A DNA stretch of 64,000 nucleotides from assembly GCA_976551045.1 (NCBI GenBank), contig CDPCPM010000125.1:1302001-1366000 (forward strand), in the 5' to 3' direction. The notes beneath the pieces were generated by a model. That model was not told the DNA's origin and did not search any database. It worked only from the letters and a program-made list of their open reading frames with translations. A program made the position numbers and the translations under genes. Of the stretch, positions 1-13,169 are shown in pieces. Within the stretch, counting starts at the first letter, position 1, and every line of letters begins with the position of its first letter. Origin of the DNA: Glaucostegus cemiculus (taxonomy: Eukaryota).

Positions 1-249
1 CCTTTATCATGGCTCGATACTTTGAATTATCTGGGAGATTATTTGCTGCCTGTGCTGCTGAATTTTTCCAGCGTGTTTTTCGTGTTTTTCATGTGTTTGT
101 GAGAATAACCGTGCGATATTTGGGTTGGCAGTCAGTAAATGTTGGGTACCGGATGGATCAGTGTTCTGACCCCAGCACATTACAATGGATATCCATGATA
201 CGGATGAAGGAAATAAATGTAAATTCTGAAGCTCACGGTCGTTACGGTG

Positions 250-1130
250 CTGTGGGGCTGGTACAGTGTAACTGAAGGATCACTTGTGAAGAGGATTCAA
301 ATGGCCTCCAATGTGATTTCCCAAAGTTGGGATGGTGGGAAACTACATGACAGATAAGGCTTAAGCGAACTAAATAGGAATTTAGTCTTTGTTCTTTTTT
401 CAAAAAAGGTACAGAGCAAGTTATAAAATGAGTAGTGATGGATCTGGAAAAGGGAGGGTGCAACGTAATCTGGGTGTCCTAATCACAAGCCGCTGAAAGC
501 ACGCATTCGAGTGCAGCGAACAGTTGGGAACGCAAGTGGTGTCTTGTCCTGCATTGATTGGAACTTTGAGTAAAAGAACAACGTTGTCTTTCTGAAGCTG
601 CACAGGACCTTGCTTAAACCCCAACTGGAGTTTTGTCTGCATGCTTACCCTCTTTGTGTGTAGAAGTATATTCCAGCTATGAAGCAATTGTAACAAATGT
701 TTACTGGTCTGGTTGCTGGGATGTCAGTTCAGATACATAAGGAATATTGGATTCATAAGGCCTATATTCACAGGTGTTTAGAAGAATGAGAAATTTCAGA
801 GAAACCTCTAAAATTTATAATTCTGCAGACCAGAAACTGCGAGAATGTTCCTGTTAGTTGAAGGGTCATGACTGGGATGCACTGCCTCAATATACGCTGT
901 GTACCATTTACCACGGAGAAGTTGAGAAATTTCTCCACAAAGGGATGATGAATATCTCGAAATCTGTAAGGCTGTAGAGGCCATCACACAACATGAAGTT
1001 AGCTGGAGGGGTTTTTAAGTAAAAGGAATGAAGAAATGTTGGAAGGAACGAGTGCAGAGGGGGATGGTGAGTCATGATCGTGTCAAACATTGGAGCAGAC
1101 AAAAAAGCAGAATGCAGTACTCATATTGTC
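250..1130 (+). mobile_element. Degenerate CR1 LINE 3' fragment
   Basis: Decayed CR1 ORF2 C-terminal motifs (gtgcaacgtaatctgggtgtcct..., ccccaactggagttttgt) followed by a CR1-type 3' UTR. Confidence 0.65.
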
Positions 1131-1332
1131 CAGGTATCCTTATTTGTACAGTTTACAATCACAAAAAGATAATAATACTTCATTCACTTCTGTGTTTTTT
1201 TTTATTTTGCCGTGGGATAATGACAGTGAAATTAATTTCTGTGCTGAGCCATGTTCTACATAAGGGCAATGACATAAAATACTTTGGCAATTATAATATG
1301 TTTATTTCCTTTTGTTGTCTGGCTATTTTCAG

Positions 1333-1359
1333 CAAGGTCATTGATTGAAAAGGATAAAG
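1333..1359 (+). CDS. Micro-exon 1, 27 nt, (A)RSLIEKDK
   Basis: tattttcag|CAAGGTCATTGATTGAAAAGGATAAAG|gtaaaa; 22/27 nt identical to the exon at 20331. Confidence 0.85.
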
Positions 1360-2859
1360 GTAAAAGTCTAATTATAACATATTTTATTATACCGGGGAAA
1401 ATCAAATGATAGAATACCCCATTTCGCAGGTGGTGGTATTCTGTTCAACAATCACTTGAACAGAAAACTCGCCTCCCCTAGAACAGTAATCTGTTCTCCA
1501 CCTGGAGAAAACAAAATGACATGTCGGAATCTGGACTTTAGGCCCCAATAAAAATAAGTAATTGTCAGAGTTGTATATATTCTCTTCTGTATTCATGCAT
1601 ATGCATCAACGTGAACATAATTAGCCCAAGGAAGCAATAATCAATATGCATGCCCTCTCATAGACCCATCAATATAAATATATGTTTGGAGTAATTGGTT
1701 AACACGGCGACTGAAGTGTTTTATTGATTATATCTCTGATTATTTAACTGTTTACAACAATATTCCACTTATATTCGTCTATATATAGTCCTGCACCTTT
1801 ACCCTTACTTAAACTAATAGTTTAATTTTTCACGATGTGTTATATTTTGCAAAATTTCTCTGTTTAAATCATCACTCGTGCCACCAATGCACTCTATTCT
1901 AAAATCGACACAATACTATGTGATACAGGTTTTTTTTCTGTGTGATTCTTATTCGGTAATTGATAGTATTTTTTCCTCGTGGTGGCTTAGCATTTACCAC
2001 GTACCCAGTGTGACAGGAACTAACAATCAGCATGAATTCTAAATTTAGGAACACTTTCCTCCCAGACTTATGATAGAGTCTTGCGTTGTCCGAAATGTTG
2101 TATATACAATGAAATGACAAGAGTGAGCATTTTCTCTCTCCAGATTATACTGGACGAAACACTACATTGTTTACTGTGACCCATTCAAATATTTTCGCCC
2201 CACTGCCATACTTACAGCAATAGTTAAATAATTGGGTTATTTACCTCTTTGGAGTTAATTATACAATCATAGCTGTAATGAAGTTTTCGCTTTATTATTA
2301 CAGTGACTGCAAAGCTTTCTACGTTTCCTTGAGCACCATAGGCACCAGGAAATGGATGGCCAATTATTACTCTATCCATTATTTTTATGGTCATTCTCAA
2401 AGAGATAGAAGCAAACATTTATAATTACCCTTCCGTTCATTCTTGGTCTTATTGACGACATGATGAATATGCAATTGGCGATAATTCATGAAGCCATTTG
2501 CAACACAGCAATATCTTCGTTACATACCAAATAATCCACACAAGTTCAGAGCAACGGTACTTATTATAACCTTAAAACATTCTAATTGGCGGGGTTATTA
2601 TTCTGATCGGAAAATAAATGCGAATCAAAATAGATGAGCAAAATACTTGCTAAACTTCTCTTAAAGGCACTGTTTTCTTCAACTTTGCAAAGTTTCCATG
2701 TCTTTTTGGAGAATATGTCAGAATATGTCTATCTATCCGCTACAAAATACTACGATACTCCCCTTTCCCTGGAGATAACGTGATGGACAAACACAGGCCG
2801 TTATCCCTCCTGAGTGGGCCCTCACAACCATCTGAAAGTTTGGCTGTACCGCATGGCTT

Positions 2860-2997
2860 ATCAAACGGTTTCCTCCCACATTCTGAAAGACGTACGGGTA
2901 GGTTAATTTGGGGGTTAAAAATGGGCGGCGTGGACTCGGAGGACCGAAAGAGCCTGTTACCACGCTGTAAATAAAATTAAATTAAATTAAAATTAAA
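2860..2997 (+). mobile_element. V-SINE/HE1-like SINE 3' part with (TTAAA)n tail
   Basis: ggtttcctcccacattc V-domain motif, then ...ctgtaaataaaattaaattaaattaaaattaaa. Confidence 0.65.
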
Positions 2998-3130
2998 CGG
3001 CTAGTAGCTAAGAATAATTTGGCACAACACATTTTTTTATTTTTTTATTTAATGAAACAAAACGAATGGAAGTCACATTAATTATCTGCAGAGGTAAGTG
3101 ATCAGAAATTAACTTAAGTATGTATTTCAG

Positions 3131-3166
3131 AAATACAGATGTTGAGAGCCAACCAAAAGCTGGGAG
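3131..3166 (+). CDS. Micro-exon 2, 36 nt, EIQMLRANQKLG
   Basis: gtatttcag|AAATACAGATG...AAGCTGGGAG|gtaaac; EIxxL start of the 36-nt class. Confidence 0.7.
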
Positions 3167-3619
3167 GTAAACAATTCCATGTTTTTTCACGTTGCAAATG
3201 ACCAACAATTGCTAACAGAGAACTGAATGCTTTTGAATAAAAGGAAACGGATCTGTTAAACTGCTATGGTCTTAGTTTTCAACCAACCTAGAATTTGGTG
3301 GTCACAATTAATAACGGAGCACTATCAGTGGTATACATATTTGCATAATATTTGGTTTTAATATTGTACATCCAGAAGTCATTTTATGTGGGCATGTGAC
3401 AAAGTATTTTGACGTGTCCAAGTTCACAAAAAATGTTTCCACAATGTTGTCAGTTTGATTAGAATGGCACCACTACGTGCATTAATTCGATTCGCAGATG
3501 ATGAAATCCGGAACAAAAAGTAAACTGTTGGGAGAACTCAACGGACCAAGCGTGCTCCATGATTTTGTAGCAGACAATATAACAATATGTGGGCAACATA
3601 AGTAATATCCAATCCCTGC

Positions 3620-4290
3620 GCTTACCCATGATTCATTTTGCATCGAGGAATGGATAAAAATGTGACCCCTATGAAAACCGAGTTCTTCTCCGCGACCAAG
3701 CACTATGCGGTCACTCCAAATCGCTTGTCCTGTTACATGGCCTTGTTCCAGATATCCCGAGCTGGGAGAAACATCGGCTCTGCATGCATGCTGTCTAGAG
3801 TTTACAGAATGTTGTAAGTTTGAATTAGAACATGTATAATTCTTTCAATTTTGAAGAACACAATACAAATCAAGTCAAATTCTCCCATTACCTCAGTAAT
3901 CAGTCTGCTGCAACGTTGCCTCGTGTCCATATGCAGTGTCACCAATACTGTGTATGCTACTAAAATTAACGATCGCACCCGAACTCATCTTACCGTCAAG
4001 AACTGCTAGCCTGATACACTATTTATTGCATCTACATTGTTTTCAGTGAATCGTGTACAAGAACTTCCAAGTCTCATTGTCGCTCTGAAATGGATAGGTT
4101 CCAATCTATCTGCTGAGTACTCCACGAACCATGTATCTGTTCACCCGTTTAATCTGTTGTCTTCAAATTTCCTCACACTCAGCTATCCAATCGACTTCAG
4201 TGTAACGGACAAAATCTAACATGATGCATTCTGTCGCTTGATCCAAATCATTAATATCATTAGGAATAGCAGAGGCAGATACAGGAACGC
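3620..4290 (-). mobile_element. Highly degenerate CR1 fragment
   Basis: Resembles the reverse complement of the CR1 RT C-terminus (atccaaatcattaatat...gaatagcagagg). Confidence 0.5.
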
Positions 4291-4389
4291 CAACATAAAT
4301 TGAAAGAAAGGGGGTTACTGCGCGCAGATGAAAAACTAAGGAAGTAGGACAATAGAAATGGAAGACGATACATGTGCATTAGATGTAAG

Positions 4390-4720
4390 CAAAATTTTGA
4401 AAATGCGTGTTTGGAAATGCAGAATGTGCGGTGAATAAGCTTGGTGGCTGCAAAGACAAATTACTATGCGGGGTTATGATGCAGTTATACTAACCAAAAC
4501 GGAGTTCATAAAATATGTAAGTAGATATCCCAGGATATTTCGATGGCAGGACATGATAGGGAGTTTAAAAACGATGTACCAAAAAAATGTTGGGCAGGAG
4601 AGTGACGATGTTCCTGACTAGTAACGTATATAATTGTTATGGCAAGTGCTCAGTAGTAGGAAGGGTGCTGGAAAGTTACCAGAGATATTATTTAGGCCAT
4701 CAGGTAGTGTCGTTTGTGTG
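4390..4720 (+). mobile_element. Degenerate CR1 endonuclease (APE) N-terminal fragment
   Basis: Decayed NAR..NK, YD.V.ITET and IPGY motifs (aatgcaga...aataag, tatgatgcagtt, atcccaggatat). Confidence 0.45.
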
Positions 4721-5719
4721 TCAGAGCGAGCAAGATGGAGAGAGAGACGGGGCTGTGGAGAGAGGAAAGATTGGTAGATTTTGACCCAGGATATTGATTT
4801 GAACCAAACAGCCCAAATTGCTTATGTAGCAGTAATTTGTGTACCGAAATGTTAAGATGAAAGTGATAATTAACAGGAAAGTCAAAATGGAATTTCATAG
4901 GCAGAAAGTTAACTCAAATAGTAATTTCCCTGCGGAGTACAAATGACATTGCTACAGCAGAGCTAAGTGGGAAGTTAAAGATGTTACCTTTTCCAATTCT
5001 CAGGACAGAGAAATTACCTTCGTAAAAGTTAGAATGGAGAGGGAATGAAGCCATTTCCTATGTGTAGATGCAAATTATATCAGCAGGATGCGAAATGAAT
5101 TTAGACGCAGCTGTCTCCTATGGCACCATTCAGGGATAGTAATTAAGGTAAATAATGGATATGACATAATTTTCAAAAGAAGGAGTGTTTGTGGATTTAT
5201 CATTGTTCAAATTATATAAATCGTCATTCATGGATACTCTCTAAATCATGTTTTAAGAAAAACGGAGATCGAAATTACAGAAGCTCTAAGTACAATTTAG
5301 CAATCGATCCCCTCTCCGAGAGAAACAGAAGGGGGGCAGATGATTGGTGTACTGATACGATTATTCAATTCATTAAACATGGTATTCGAACTTATTTCTT
5401 GAGAAATATTTGCTGATAGTACCGAACGACTTGCTGTGTTTCCAATTGTGTGATAAAAGTTTGTTTACCTGGAGAGTTGGTTCCCTTTTCGTAGAAATGG
5501 TACAAATTTTATGGGTTTGCAGCAGTTTTGGACTTCATTTCAAATTTACACATTTTGTGGCTTTGGTTTTAGTTTTATGATAGCAGAAGGCATCTTCTAA
5601 AATGTGTTCAGGAATGGGAAACATCAGCTGGCAATTTGAACTGAAAGCACTTGAATTGTGTTAGTTATTGCAAAATAAGTTTGTTGACGTGTATCGATCA
5701 TACGACCTCAGGCACTCTA

Positions 5720-6660
5720 CCCTGTAACTGAAAGATGTGTAAAATCTGTCTCTACACCTGCTGCATTATCCCCATTCAGGGCCCTAAACAGCCCTTCCAG
5801 GTGAGGCAGTCTTTCACATGCAAATCCCGCGGCGTCATTTATTGCATCTGATGCTTAAATTGTGGCCTCCTCTCATCGGTGACACTGGAAGGAAAATGCG
5901 CGATCACTTCTCCGAGTTCTTTCGCTCTTTCCACTGATCCAATTTAGATCTCCGGATTTCCAGCTATTTTAATTCTCCTCCCCATTACCGTACCGATATG
6001 TCTGAACACAGATTCCTCTTAACCTGTAATGATTTGTTATCAATAAAAAGATTGAAAAAGAAGAAAGACAGATTCCTCTACTGCTAAAATGAAGCTAATC
6101 GCATATTAGATGAAGGGCATCTCATTTTCCACCTGGGTAATCTACAGCCTGGCGCCGTTAACATTGAAATTTACAACGTCCGGTAACTGCTCCGGCTCTG
6201 TCCCTTTTTTTCTCACCTCCTGATCGACCTGGCCCCCATCATCATGCCTCATTTCCCCTCCTCCTTACTCTCCAACTTGCTATCAACCACATCTCCTCCC
6301 ACTGGCGCCCTTCTCCCATTAGTCCACTGCTCCCTCCCCACTTCCATCCCTTTATTTAGGTCCTATCAGATTCCATCATAGGCATCCCTTTGACACTTTT
6401 ACCTATTATCGGCCTTCTTCTGGCGCTATTGGCACCCTCTGCTCACCACATATGCATATCATCCCCATCATCTGGGTCCACCCATCGCCTACCAGCTCTT
6501 CCACAACTCTTTCCCTCCACTTTTTTCTGCTGGCTAGATCCCCTCTTTCCTTCGGCCCAAATGAATGGTTTCGACCCCAAACGCCGTGTGTCCATTTACT
6601 GCCACAGATTTTGCCCGACCTGCTGAATTCCTCCAGCGTTTCGTGCACTGCTTCATTTCA
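5720..6660 (+). mobile_element. Penelope-like element 3' part (decayed GIY-YIG endonuclease plus terminal repeat)
   Basis: ttccaggtgaggcagtctttcacatgc...gtcatttattgcatc...tgtggcctcctctcatcggtgacact reads FQVRQ.FTC...VIYCI.C..CGLL.IG.T; ends with cctgctgaattcctccagc. Confidence 0.75.
6008..6079 (+). mobile_element. 48-bp 5'-truncated retro-insertion with a 12-bp target-site duplication, nested in the Penelope element
   Basis: ACAGATTCCTCT at 6008-6019 and 6068-6079 flanks taacctgtaatgatttgttatcAATAAAaagattgaaaaagaagaaag. Confidence 0.75.
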
Positions 6661-7060
6661 GATACTCCCTTCCTTACATATTTATTTATCTGCTTGCTTT
6701 CTATCATACAGAAGGTCACTCGGTTAAAAGAGATTATGTTTCATTCTCCAGAAACATTATTTCGGTTTCTTTTTGCGTAGATATACTGCAAAAATTTTGT
6801 AGAATTCTTCATTTTCATTTGCTTAAGTTATTCAATATTCGCTGTTCTTCCCAAACAGATGAATTTGTTGGTCCCTTTGTTCCTCTTCGTCTCCCAGCTT
6901 TTTAAATACCGGTCAATATTCTCCCCACAATCATTGCTCATGGTTTGCTCTCTCTCACCGAAGGTCACTTAATGAACTGCGCTCCGACTTTCGTAACTTA
7001 GAATAGGAATTTTCGCAAACCACATTGCGATTTAGGAGCTTCAGTTCCCACTATCCACAG

Positions 7061-7096
7061 CTGAGTCAGCTGATTTCACCTCACTGATATCCGCAA
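7061..7096 (+). CDS. Candidate extra 36-nt micro-exon, AESADFTSLISA (not counted in the 27)
   Basis: ctatccacag|CTGAGTCAGC...ATATCCGCAA|gtaact; open in phase 1 and ends SLxxA like ESLRQA/ISLKDA, but the N-terminal half is divergent. Confidence 0.35.
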
Positions 7097-7995
7097 GTAA
7101 CTGAGTTCTCAGTTGCATAATTCTGCGCCGTCCACCCAAGCGACTAGATTACAACCTCAAATGCAGCCCCAACTGGAAGCTACACATATAACTGGATGTG
7201 AATTCAAAAATAATTTGATGTAACTATTAAACTAGAATAAAATAACTTCAGCAACCTTAATCGACGTTTGCCGCATTTTCAAGGTCGTACATTCCCAGTG
7301 CTGCTATGATTACGCCTGCTGCACTTCCAAGAACATTGGAATCTGATAGCTGCTGAGAAGTAAAGTTTATTCCGATACGTCGTGCAAAAAGACAAAAACT
7401 GAAATCCCTTCAAAGGGGAACATTAAATTGATTATATTGCATGTGCATTTGCAAAGCAACGAGCAAGGGAAATCAAAGCCACCTAATTATTCTATTTGGA
7501 AACATCATAAACTGAATAAAACAAATGGTTTCATTTTGTACCGTAACATCCCTGATTATTCTACAGATCAATAGAGTCAACTAAAGAAGTGGTTGCACTG
7601 AATATTTTAGACAAGCTACGTTGATCCGACATTTAATTCAATTCAGACGATTTGTCCACAATCCACAGCCCTCATAAGCAAATATGAAAGTGGCATTAGT
7701 TCATGGCAAAACTGTCAATATACACAAGAAAAGCTACTTGTGAAAATGCTGCCTTTCAGGTGATGAAAACTTAAGCATCCGGCATCTGCCGGTTTCTCGC
7801 ATATTCACCTTGCAACATTAAAGCTTGATAATGACAAAAATCTAGAAAATACAAAATGATTACGATTGTCGGGATAGGCTGGGTCAAATGATTGTCTATA
7901 AAGTATGATAGCATAATAGCAGTGCAATCTAGGAATTCCAGAAATTTTCTGAGCAATATATTCATCGCAGACGTATTTCATATTTCTTTCGCCAG

Positions 7996-8016
7996 AACTA
8001 CCAAACAAAAGTACAG
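7996..8016 (+). CDS. Micro-exon 3, 21 nt, ELPNKST
   Basis: tttctttcgccag|AACTACCAAACAAAAGTACAG|gtgagt; strong splice sites, one heptad long, contains Pro. Confidence 0.6.
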
Positions 8017-8889
8017 GTGAGTTATTCGGGAAAAAATACTTTAAATTTGTATGATATACAATGTCTTGTTCTAGGATTTGTGAACGAAAATCATCTGAAA
8101 GCTGTTTGTTCTTTTTGTACTGTCAACTATGCCATTCATTTCTCAAATAGGCGATGTCAAAATCTGCCTAAGTGTGAAATCTGGAACCTAATTGGCACCA
8201 GTACCTCTACACTCCCTCAGATAATCTCCAAGGGCTCATTTCCTGACGACGTTCAACATTTCTAATGTTGCATCGATCTCCCAGTGTGCCTTTAGCAACT
8301 CAAAGGCAAGTTATTCCGATCTTGGCAATGAATTAAAATGTCACTGGCACTCTGTGTTTTTAATGGCAGAGGAATAATTCCTTTTGCTGGGGTTTACTTC
8401 AGAGAGTCATCGAAGGGCACCATAATACATTTCAGTTTGCAAATTGAGAAGTTAGAGAAATGAGAGTATAACTGACTTCTTCACTTCTCGATTCGAACAC
8501 AGAGTCTATTGGTCCGGCACAGATATAGGGAGAAATGGGCTGAATAAACTTCGCAAAGGCCCCATCCGCTTTTCGCCAGCCACGGCGGGCATATATACGT
8601 GATCCATTGCTTTCAACGGATTCGACAGGCTTGATTGATGAGCAAAGTGAAATTATCTTTTAGAACACGATACCAAAGCCAATAGTATGAAGAACGCTCA
8701 CCTTTTTCTCCTTGATCGGAATGATGTGTTCCAAGCATTTCATCCCTGTGTATTGCACGTTGGTAGGCACAGCTGTACTGCTGATCTGCTCCTGCAATTC
8801 GCCACTGAGTGCAGAGTTGATAGAGATCTTTCCAATCTGAAAGTTCTGGAATAATCCAGACTTCTCGCTTATGCATTTGTCGTGATGGA

Positions 8890-9210
8890 ACGGCGCGTCG
8901 CAGCTCCAGGGACATAAAATTTAGCCTCTTTTTGTTCTGTTTGTAGTTTGCACACTTTCCCATGTGCCTGTCCTCCGGCTGCTCCCGTTTTCAAGTGAAT
9001 CCCAAGCCCATGCTGGGAAGTTAAGTTTGGACTATAATCTGCTCCCTAGAATGAGTCAGTGACAGTAGAAAGGGGTTTAATTTGCATGGATGTGGATGAG
9101 AACACACAACAGGAATTGGGCGAGGGCGGTACTAATCAATAAGCTCCAGTGTGTGGGATATGACATAAACATGAATACGACCGTCCGAATGGTTTGCTGT
9201 GATGTTGTTT
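8890..9210 (+). mobile_element. Degenerate V-SINE-like element
   Basis: tcctccggctgctcccgtttt...cccaag V-domain-like core. Confidence 0.45.
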
Positions 9211-9649
9211 TAAATAACTAAAACCGAGTTACTCAAATCAAGAGAAAGTTTACGTGATTATTAAAAACTAAACCTATATTTCTGTTATCGAAAATTTGGT
9301 TAACATACTGGAGTGAATTTTCGAAGCTTTTTACTGTCTCAAGTTTTAATTGTCTCGAAAATGCAGAGTGCTCGAAACATCTCTTTGAGCTGCCAATTAG
9401 GGCAGTTCAGCTATCCAGTAATCCGTTCCTTAAACCAACTGAACTCAATGCTCCACATTGTCGAATGCCTTCGTCAGTGCAAATTGGAGTTCCACTGGAG
9501 ATGCACACGGCAAATGTTCAATGTATCGTCAACAATGTTTCTCATACTATTTGTAATATTTACTCAAGGCGACAGCCATTCAGTCCATAGATTCGATACA
9601 GGCCTCAGAGAATTCACATCGGTGCCACTCCCTCACTTCTTTCTCTGTT

Positions 9650-9855
9650 TCTCCTGCCGCAGACCAACACTGACGCAATTTATACCTGTCAAGTAACTTC
9701 CCAATACTTTACATTAGGATGTGTCGGGAAGCGGGAGTACACAAGGGAAATCCAAGCAGTCATAAGGCAAATTCCCAAATTAAACGTTGTCAGCACCTGG
9801 GTTCAAGCTCATACTCGGGTCGGTAGAGACAACACGATCTGCTGTGCCACTGGAC
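9650..9855 (-). mobile_element. Degenerate V-SINE-like element
   Basis: ggatgtgtcgggaagcgggagtac...gaaatccaagcagtcataagg...gctgtgccactg matches the reverse of the V-SINE 5' half. Confidence 0.55.
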
Positions 9856-10333
9856 CGCCCGCCCAGTGTGTTGTGCGTAAATAAGGCGGACTGGTTGAGT
9901 CAAATATGTTCATGTCTGTAATGATAGCTGATGCATGTATGTGAAAAAATGCAGCTGCTTAATCGTGTAAAAATAAAATATATGAGATACATATTATTAG
10001 AAAAAACCATATGAAATAATTTTAATGGGGAAAAGGCTGTCGTGTAGAACAATAGGCCCTGAGCCTTCACTTTCATGGAAGACTCTCTCGGAAATGTGCC
10101 CAGCACTTCTTTTTAATTAAGACCCAGTATGGACCAGTATTGTGTAACAGATTTTATACTGGGGGGATTAATATGTTTTTCTAACATTCACACTTCATTT
10201 AATCCTATGAACTATATTCTAAAATCACCTCAAATAATGCATGTGAATAATTCAGTTTCATTTATTTGAGAACATATTGGTAAATGCCTCTGAGTTCTTA
10301 AACGTGACGTAAAAATACTTCAGTTAAAATATG

Positions 10334-11007
10334 CAGTGGCATATGCAAAAGTTTGGGCACACCTGGTCAAAACTTCTGTTACTGTGAATAGCTAAACGAG
10401 TAAAAGATGACCTGATTTCGATAAGGCATAAGGTTAAAGATGACACATTTCTTCAATATTTTAAGGAAGATTACTTCTTAATTTCCGTAATTTACAGTTT
10501 CAAAATAACAAAAAAGGAAACGGTCCAGAAGCAAAACTTTGGTCACCCTGCATGGTCAGTACTTAGTAACATCCACTTTAGCAAGTATCACAACTTGTAA
10601 ACGTTGTCAGTAGCCAGCTAAGGTCTTTCAATTCTTGCTTGGGGAATTTTCGCCCATTCTTTCTTGCAAAAGGCTTCTAGTTCTGTGAGATTCTTGAGCC
10701 GTCTCGCATGCACTGCTCTTTTGAAGTCTATCCACAGATTTTCGATGATGTTTAGGTCGGGGGACGTCAAGGGGATGTTACTAAGTACTGGCCATGCAGG
10801 GTGCCCAAACTTTTGCTTCGGGCCCTTTTCTTTTTTTGATATTTTGAAACTGTAAAAGATGGAAATTAATTTTCCTTAAAAATATTAAAGAAATGTGTCA
10901 TATTTAACTCTATATGCCTTTTGCAAATCACGTCATCTTTCACTCGCTTAGCTATTCACAGTGACAGAAATTTTAATCAGGGGTGCCCAAACTTTTGCAT
11001 GTCACTG
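10334..11007. mobile_element. Internally deleted Tc1/mariner element with ~230-bp IR/DR-type terminal inverted repeats
   Basis: cagtggcatatgcaaaagtttgggcac ... gtgcccaaacttttgcatgtcactg|TA; inner direct repeats near 10531 and 10799; the minus strand of about 10570-10766 encodes SPDLNIIENLWIDFKRAVHARRLKNLTELEAFCKKEWAKIPQARIER (Tc1 transposase C-terminus). Confidence 0.9.
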
Positions 11008-11488
11008 TACTTGCGGTGACCAGCTATGAATTTTTCCACAATTGTGCAATCGTGCTGCTCCGAGGGTTTAGCTACAATATTGGTTACTCATTTTATTTCA
11101 CCAATACTCGCCACTGATTCGGTATTCACGGAATCTGCTCATCTTCATGGACCAATCAACTGAAATGTTGTTCTTGAAATTTGGTATCAAGGTCTGAGTC
11201 TACATTGGACACTTCTGCTCAGCAATCTTGTTACCTGACCGCGGTGAGATAGTCAAGATCAAATATTGTCCCAAAACGACTGAAAGTGGCTGGATAACTA
11301 AGCCTCTCTAAATATCTCACTCCAGGTAGAGTCAGCACCCTCTCCTAGTTCAATACTCCAACATGCAGGACACAAGAGCACTCAAACTTCTCCAATGGAC
11401 AAGCAAAGTCCATTCCACACCCTAAGTCAGATTTCTGAAGCATACGGACTACTTCCTCCTTCGAGGTGACAGAACATATCCAGAGATC

Positions 11489-11510
11489 GGGGGGGGGGGG
11501 GGGGTGGTGG
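11489..11510 (+). repeat. G16 run plus (TGG)2
   Basis: Read directly from the sequence. Confidence 0.9.
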
Positions 11511-12459
11511 TGAGCATTATTCCTGATTGGTTTAATGCACTCCTTTGAAATGCATGAATAAATATGCGTCACATGCGAACAAAAGCTTCCCCAAAGGATG
11601 TGTTGAGGAAGTATTTCCAATGCTTGATACGTCACTGTATTCCGTGAGGACAAAAGCAATTTGCTTTGTCGGTGAGTAATTAGCAGCAAGCACTGGGCTT
11701 CCGCAAGCCAACTCATCTGCGTATTGACGTCACACTTGTCATTTTGAAGGAGAATTGGGTTTAATCAGGATCATACAGAGCTAAAGATCATTAGAACATT
11801 AGCAGTTTGAAATCTACTCTTTGTTCATTGATATTCTTCTACTATTTTGGGAAATAATTGATACTGTATGAGGCAACCGTTTTCCACATGGAAGTTCTAG
11901 TGTTCGGTTGGTGAGCGTCCAATTCCTGTATTTACCAGGGCACACTCCTAACGCCCCCACCCCCCACTCATGCCCTCAGTAACTTGCAAAGAAATATCCA
12001 GTGTTCATTGAAATTGGGATTCTAACTAGAAATGAGAAACAATTGTCATGTCCATTTTTTGTTGGATTGTATTACCTCACTTCAAATCGTTGGATTAGTT
12101 AACCTGTTGGCAGCATATCTTAATATTTGCGTAGTATTATTTGTCACTTATGCAAAACATTCCTGAAGTTTCGAGTAGTTAAAAAATTGTTTTTTTGTCT
12201 CCGTTAGGGCGTCACACATAAGCTTGTTGAAATCGGGTGCTATATAAAAGTTTGCTATGCAACATCGCCAGAATTCAGGAATGGCCAATTCGGTTTTGGA
12301 GCGTTGGTAATTTCCAGTATCGCACGGGCTGGTGAGGGCAACAGATACCGAACTCAAGCAGATGGTTAAATCCAGTGACTCCCTCTTCTATGATACATAT
12401 AAACCACGAGTTATGGTAATATGTCACTATTGGCTTTACGGTTTTATAAATATTTGCAG

Positions 12460-12486
12460 AAGATAAACTACGTCAGTGCGAAAAAG
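12460..12486 (+). CDS. Micro-exon 4, 27 nt, EDKLRQCEK
   Basis: tatttgcag|AAGATAAACTACGTCAGTGCGAAAAAG|gtgaga; paralog of the exon at 24918. Confidence 0.85.
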
Positions 12487-13169
12487 GTGAGAAAATTTCA
12501 AAGCGATTTCGCGAATGTGGCTGAACTCTTCACATGATTACTTTCTTTTCGTCAGGCCACACAGCCGAATTTGGCATTATTTCAACAATCCTTCATGTTC
12601 TTCCATAACATTTTATATCGTCGTATTTCTTCTCAAGATGATTACGCAAATTCTGTTGAAAGCCATTTGTGCTATTCGGCTTGGTCTCACCTTGTAGAGG
12701 ATTCTGCTGAGACCAAGACACATAGTAGCTGAAGTTATGCATTCCAAATTCGCAACTGCAACGAAATCTTGGTGTCCTAAGACCTTTGAAACAAAGCGGG
12801 TATGTAAGGAAAATCATTAACCTTAGGTGTAATTCGAATAAATCGGGAAGAGCAAATTTCTGAATAAAATATCATGGGATATGAAGAATAGATACAGTGG
12901 TTTTAGTAAGCATCTTAAAGATTACTCGCTCATCTGTTTTTTTTTCGAAATTATTAACTGTTTTGACGGTGGCATTAAATGCAATTCCAGCATTTGCATT
13001 CATGGGCAAACGTCCAAGAGAATGTGAATTGGGCCTGTCATTTACCTGTGGTGCGCTTGGGGAAAGTGATTAGCCTGTGTTTATTTCATTTCATTATTTA
13101 ATGCAAAGGGAACCCATCAAATCTGTGAGAATCCTTAGAAAATACCATTAGTGACAGCATATATTTATT

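Noticed and set aside
5004-5027. 18- or 24-nt phase-1 candidate exon GQRNYL(RK); similar weak cases at 6781, 23224, 32835, 33307 and 51546
   Set aside because: Weak donors, off-class lengths and no motif match; expected by chance.
11489-11510. Functional G-quadruplex
   Set aside because: A simple G run about 950 nt from the nearest exon, with no evidence of function and unreliable homopolymer length.
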